Shown: positions 59,139-64,000 of the stretch, piece by piece
Layout: each line of letters begins with the position of its first letter
How positions within the stretch are numbered: the first letter of the stretch is position 1
From: the human T2T-CHM13v2.0 reference genome, Homo sapiens
Assembly (NCBI RefSeq): GCF_009914755.1
Contig: NC_060945.1
Direction: 5' to 3' (one strand)
Length of the DNA: 64,000 bases
The notes under the pieces: generated by a model
What the model saw: the letters and a program-made list of their open reading frames with translations, nothing else
The model's database searches: none
What the model was told of the DNA's origin: nothing
Position numbers and translations under genes: made by a program

Positions 59139-61344
59139 TTAGGTAATACGGAATGCAGAAATAGTGTTTTCTTACTTAGATCATGAGCATAAAAGCACTT
59201 TGTGAGATATAATGCTATTCAAATATTACTAGCATCATTTCCATTATTCTGGATTGAACATAAGAAGGAACAAAAGAGAAACAACAAATAGCAGTCAATA
59301 GGGAGAATGTTAAATCCTTTGGTAATACCTATTACATGGAGAAAGTTAAAACAGACAAACAAAGGTCCTTATTCAGCTAGGAATGGTGGCCAGATCAGGG
59401 TCATTGAAGTCTAGTTTCTTTTCTAACCCTGACTTGCTTTGCAGTATTTGGTAAATCACTTAACCTTTCTGCGGTACAGTTTTTCCAATCCGTTAAGTGT
59501 CTATTATAGTACTTTCTCCTTACTCTCGTGCAAGGATGTTTGGGTGATTCATTTGATAATCCTGTAAAGTACTTTGAGTCCCATAGAGAAAGCCAGGGAC
59601 ACAAGATTTTAACTGGGATTATTAGTTAGAAAGTCTTTTTGCCTTGGTTGAATCTCCGTTTTTCATTTGTAGCTCACCTGCTTTTCTGTGGCTTTCCCAG
59701 TTCCATCCTTGTTCCTGTACACAACTGTGAGGGTGTAATGATAACCAATTATATATCCCAAATGATGGGGCTATCATTAGATTAACTAGTTGGGTAGATG
59801 TAGAAAAATTAGAAAAGTGAGAAGATTTTCAGCTTGTCTGCAGATGACTAAGGAAAACACTTAGAGTGGGTGCAGTGGAGAAAGATTATTAGCCAGTGAC
59901 TGAAATCAATTAGGAACCTAACCAAAATGTTGTTATGTTCGTTGGCACTTGACCATGACCTTTTTGCCTTCCTAAGGAAAAATAATAACTGGCTCCAGGT
60001 TTAAAGAAGCTTCATAGTTTACATTGCTTGATACATTAAATTTTGAATACGTTTTGATATTGGTCCAGTTTTACAATTTCCTTCGAATGACAGAACCTTT
60101 ACGGAGGACAATATTAGCACCTCTTTATGGAGCAACTGAAAAACTGCAATAATATCTCCACCATATACTTTTGGAGGATTGAGAAAATGTGTCATCGCTT
60201 GGAATTCCTAATCTTATTTTATTCATTCAGGTTGAGGAATAATGTAAGATATTGCTCCACTGTGGCTTTATGAAATTTTTTACTTAAAAAAATCCAAAGC
60301 ATGTAAGTATTTATCTCATGGCTTAAATGTTCATCACTGTAAGGAGAAGTTTAAGATTGGAATGTATCTCTAGCCTTGCTCTCTCTCCCCCTGAGATCTG
60401 GCTTTATACTTTACAGCAGTAGGTTTGCAAATCAAAATGCCAGCTTGACCTAGCTGCCAGAAAGTCCTGAATATGAATCCCACAACAGAATTTATTAATT
60501 TTCCTTTACAAGTTGGTAATTTCTTATTTTCTCTTAAGTAATGCTAATTTTGGGTACACCCTTGCCATGAGGGAGGTTCTAGGTCTCCAGTGTTATTGTC
60601 ATACACTGGCATGTATACTGTCATCTCTACTGGTATTATATAATGTTGTTGCTGGTACAGGCTTTCCCCAGAATTTATAGAGATGGAGACAACACGAACT
60701 AGGCATCATCAGTCACAGCAACTCAGTTTATAGTTATTGAAGGAATTGTTGAAGGAACTCCTGAGTCAGTCTGTAAGTGAAATCACAGACATGTAAAATA
60801 AACACTTACATTTTAGATTATATGATGATGCTAAATTTTCTTTAAGACATTGGAGAATTAATGTGGGGGCAAAGAACAGGGCATGACAGGAGAAAGGGCC
60901 AACTGGGTCCCTCTCCATTTACAATGAGTATTATCTATTTTATATTTAATTTTTATCTTTTCTATGAGGCATAGTTTTATTAATTTCAGTTATACACCAT
61001 AGGCAAAAAAATGTTCCCAGTTAGAGATCCTGCCAAGCATCTCTAATCAATGTTGAAGCCCTGGTGGAATTAAGTTGGTTGCTTTGCTTTTTAATTTTTT
61101 TAAAAAAATAAATAGGGTATATGGGCTTGTTGTAAAATAATTCAAACAGCAAAATTGCAAAGTAGATGTCATCTGATGTCATAGCTGTTCTTCCCCTAGC
61201 CATGCAGTTTCACTGCTTTTGAAACTCCAGCCCCCTTTTCCTAGGCTAGCTCTGTTGGGAGCCTTTCAGAAATCTTTTCTCTGTATACACACACGCATGT
61301 GTATGTTATGTACATATGTATCAATCATGTCTTTATTTATATCG

Positions 61345-61699
61345 CTGCTTTATTTCAGTCAGGCTGCTATAACAAAATGCCACAGATTGTAGCTTAAACA
61401 ATAGAAATGGATTTCTCACAGTTCTGGAGGCTGGGGAGTCCAAGATCAAGGTGCTGGCAGATTTGGTGTCTGCTGAGGGCCTGCTTCCTTCATAGATATC
61501 TGTTTTCTTGCTGTGTCCACACATGGTGGCAGGAAGGGCAAAAAGGCTCTCTGAGGTCTATTTTATCAGGGTGTTAATCCCACGTGCTTTGCCCTCATCA
61601 CTTAAACACCTCCCAAAGCTCCACCTCTTAATATCATGATTTTGGGAGTTAGGTTTCAACGTATGAATTTGGGAGGACATAAACATTCAGACCATAGCA
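61345..61699 (-). mobile_element. MaLR solo LTR (MST/MLT1A-like)
   Basis: GGCTGCTATAACAAAATGCCA...CAGTTCTGGAGGCTGG...AAACATTCAGACCATAGCA. Confidence 0.85.
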
Positions 61700-62105
61700 A
61701 TCACATTATACATATTGCATGTCAAACCTTATATATATAAGATATATCTTTTTAATTTGACAAAAAAGGATCACTTTCCAGGTACTATTCTGTAATCTAC
61801 CTTTTGTGCTTTATTATACATCGTCATCATATTTCTGCTTCAGTGTGATAAATCTATTGTATTTACCCTAATGGCTACAAAGTATTGTCCTGAGAGATAT
61901 CCTAATTTATTTTTTTAAATGATTCCCAATTGACTGGCCTTAAGTTGCTTCTATTTTCATAGAAGCAATAATTATCATAATGCTACAATAAACATTATTG
62001 TACATATAACATTTTTGCATTTGGGGAGAGTATGTATATTGCAGGAGAAATTCTTAGAAATGGAATTTCTGGGCATATGAATTTTCAGAAATATTGCCAA
62101 ATTAA

Positions 62106-62506
<401 letters not shown>

Positions 62507-62540
62507 TAAGCCAGAAGACAGATGACAGAGGGCTGGTCTA

Positions 62541-62883
<343 letters not shown>

Positions 62884-62952
62884 TCAATGTTGCTTTGACT
62901 TCAATTTACTACTAAAACAGCTAGCAAGAAAGGGAAAGGGTACTCGCTAGAC

Positions 62953-63130
62953 CAGTGGGTCTCAACACCTGGAGCAGCAGCAGTAGCACCACCTGAAACT
63001 TACTAGAAATGCAAGTTCTCAAGTCCCATCTTAAATCTGAATCAGAAACTCTGGTGGCAGGGCCCAGGAATCTGGGTTTAACAAGATCTTGAGCTGATTT
63101 TGATGGTGGCCCAAGTTGGAGAATTACTGC
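62953..63130. mobile_element. MER5A hAT fossil
   Basis: CAGTGGGTCTCAA...AGAAATGCAAGTTCTC...GAATCAGAAACTCTG...GAGAATTACTG. Confidence 0.75.
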
Positions 63131-63389
63131 AGTACAGCTTGATGAAAGTGAGAATGCAGTTTCCCAGTGCTTTCCTTATGCCTCTTGGAGGTGAACCTGG
63201 AGTCCTCTGCTTTAGGTTGAAGGTACCCAGGGCTTTGTACTCCCTGCATCTCACCCCACTGGGGTGGAGCAGGGGACCCACTGGGATTCAGTGTATTACT
63301 TACTTTCATATAAGGCAACTCTTGTTGTCCCATAGTTATAAAGCTCTGTGTTCTGTTTCTTATTGTATTACGTGTACGTGGACATGCCA

Positions 63390-64000
63390 AACATTAACAA
63401 ATATTTGGCTTCTTGTCTATCTGAAAAATGGCCCCTCATTTCTATTTAACATGAATTTCTTTAATTATAAGTGAAGTTGAGCATCTTCTTATTTTTATGG
63501 GCCACTTTGCACGTTTTCCTCTTATTTATTACTTTCTATATTTGTCATATTTTCTATTGGTTGGTTGTCTTTTTAAAAAAGAATTAAATTGTAACAGCTG
63601 TTTTAATTCTAAGGAAATTAGCCTTTCATCATTTGTGTTGCAAATTCATTTTTACCTACTTTGTCATCTATCATTTAAATTTAGTTACAATACATTTTTG
63701 CATCACAGAGAGTTAAGATTTTTATGTAGTCAAATTGATAAGTTTTTATGTGTCTGAATTTTGAATTTTATGTATGCTTAGATAGATCTTCCCAACCCTA
63801 GGATAATTAAAAAAACATATTTTTTCCTAAACTTTATGGCTTTATTTTTAGCATATACATCTTTGATGTGAATGGAATTTATTGTGACTTAACAACTGAA
63901 GTATACATATTAACTTCCATTTCCAATGGAATATCATTGATTGAGATTATAATTAACTTATAGCTCAATAAAAAAAGAGTTTTAACCCAGAGTTTTCCTA
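63390..64000 (-). mobile_element. Old L1M (L1ME-like) remnant
   Basis: GTGAAGTTGAGCATCTT...TTTTATGTAGTCAAATT resembles antisense L1 ORF2 3' region. Confidence 0.6.

Noticed and set aside
60762-60768. AP-1 site TGAGTCA (also at ~5721 and ~52157)
   Set aside because: Single 7-mers occur at chance frequency in 64 kb.

Overview
Human/ape-type non-coding genomic DNA, roughly half made of interspersed repeats. I find no protein-coding gene, RNA gene or CpG island; the supplied ORFs come from Alu, L1 or LTR sequence or are random. The main feature is a 5.6-kb minus-strand HERV-H (LTR7) provirus at 33993-39599. It has a perfect 5-bp TSD, a His-tRNA PBS, an intact leader splice donor and decayed gag/pro/pol. 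It sits co-oriented inside what looks like a 5'-truncated, ~2.75-kb, UTR-only processed retrocopy (33670-42027: poly(A) remnant, AATAAA, 10-bp flanking direct repeat), whose parent gene I could not identify. The window also has a full-length THE1 element, several nested solo LTRs (MLT2>MER41>Alu; L1>MER34-like>THE1; MST>MER41B with two GAS motifs), about 30 Alus, L1/L2/MIR remnants, DNA-transposon fossils, short perfect palindromes and an AGCAAATATG repeat cluster. No new biological system can be demonstrated from sequence alone. The best candidates are regulatory: the HERV-H/retrocopy composite, the STAT1-type MER41B and a DUX4-motif THE1 LTR. Repeat subfamily names are from recall of consensus sequences, and boundaries without a TSD are approximate.
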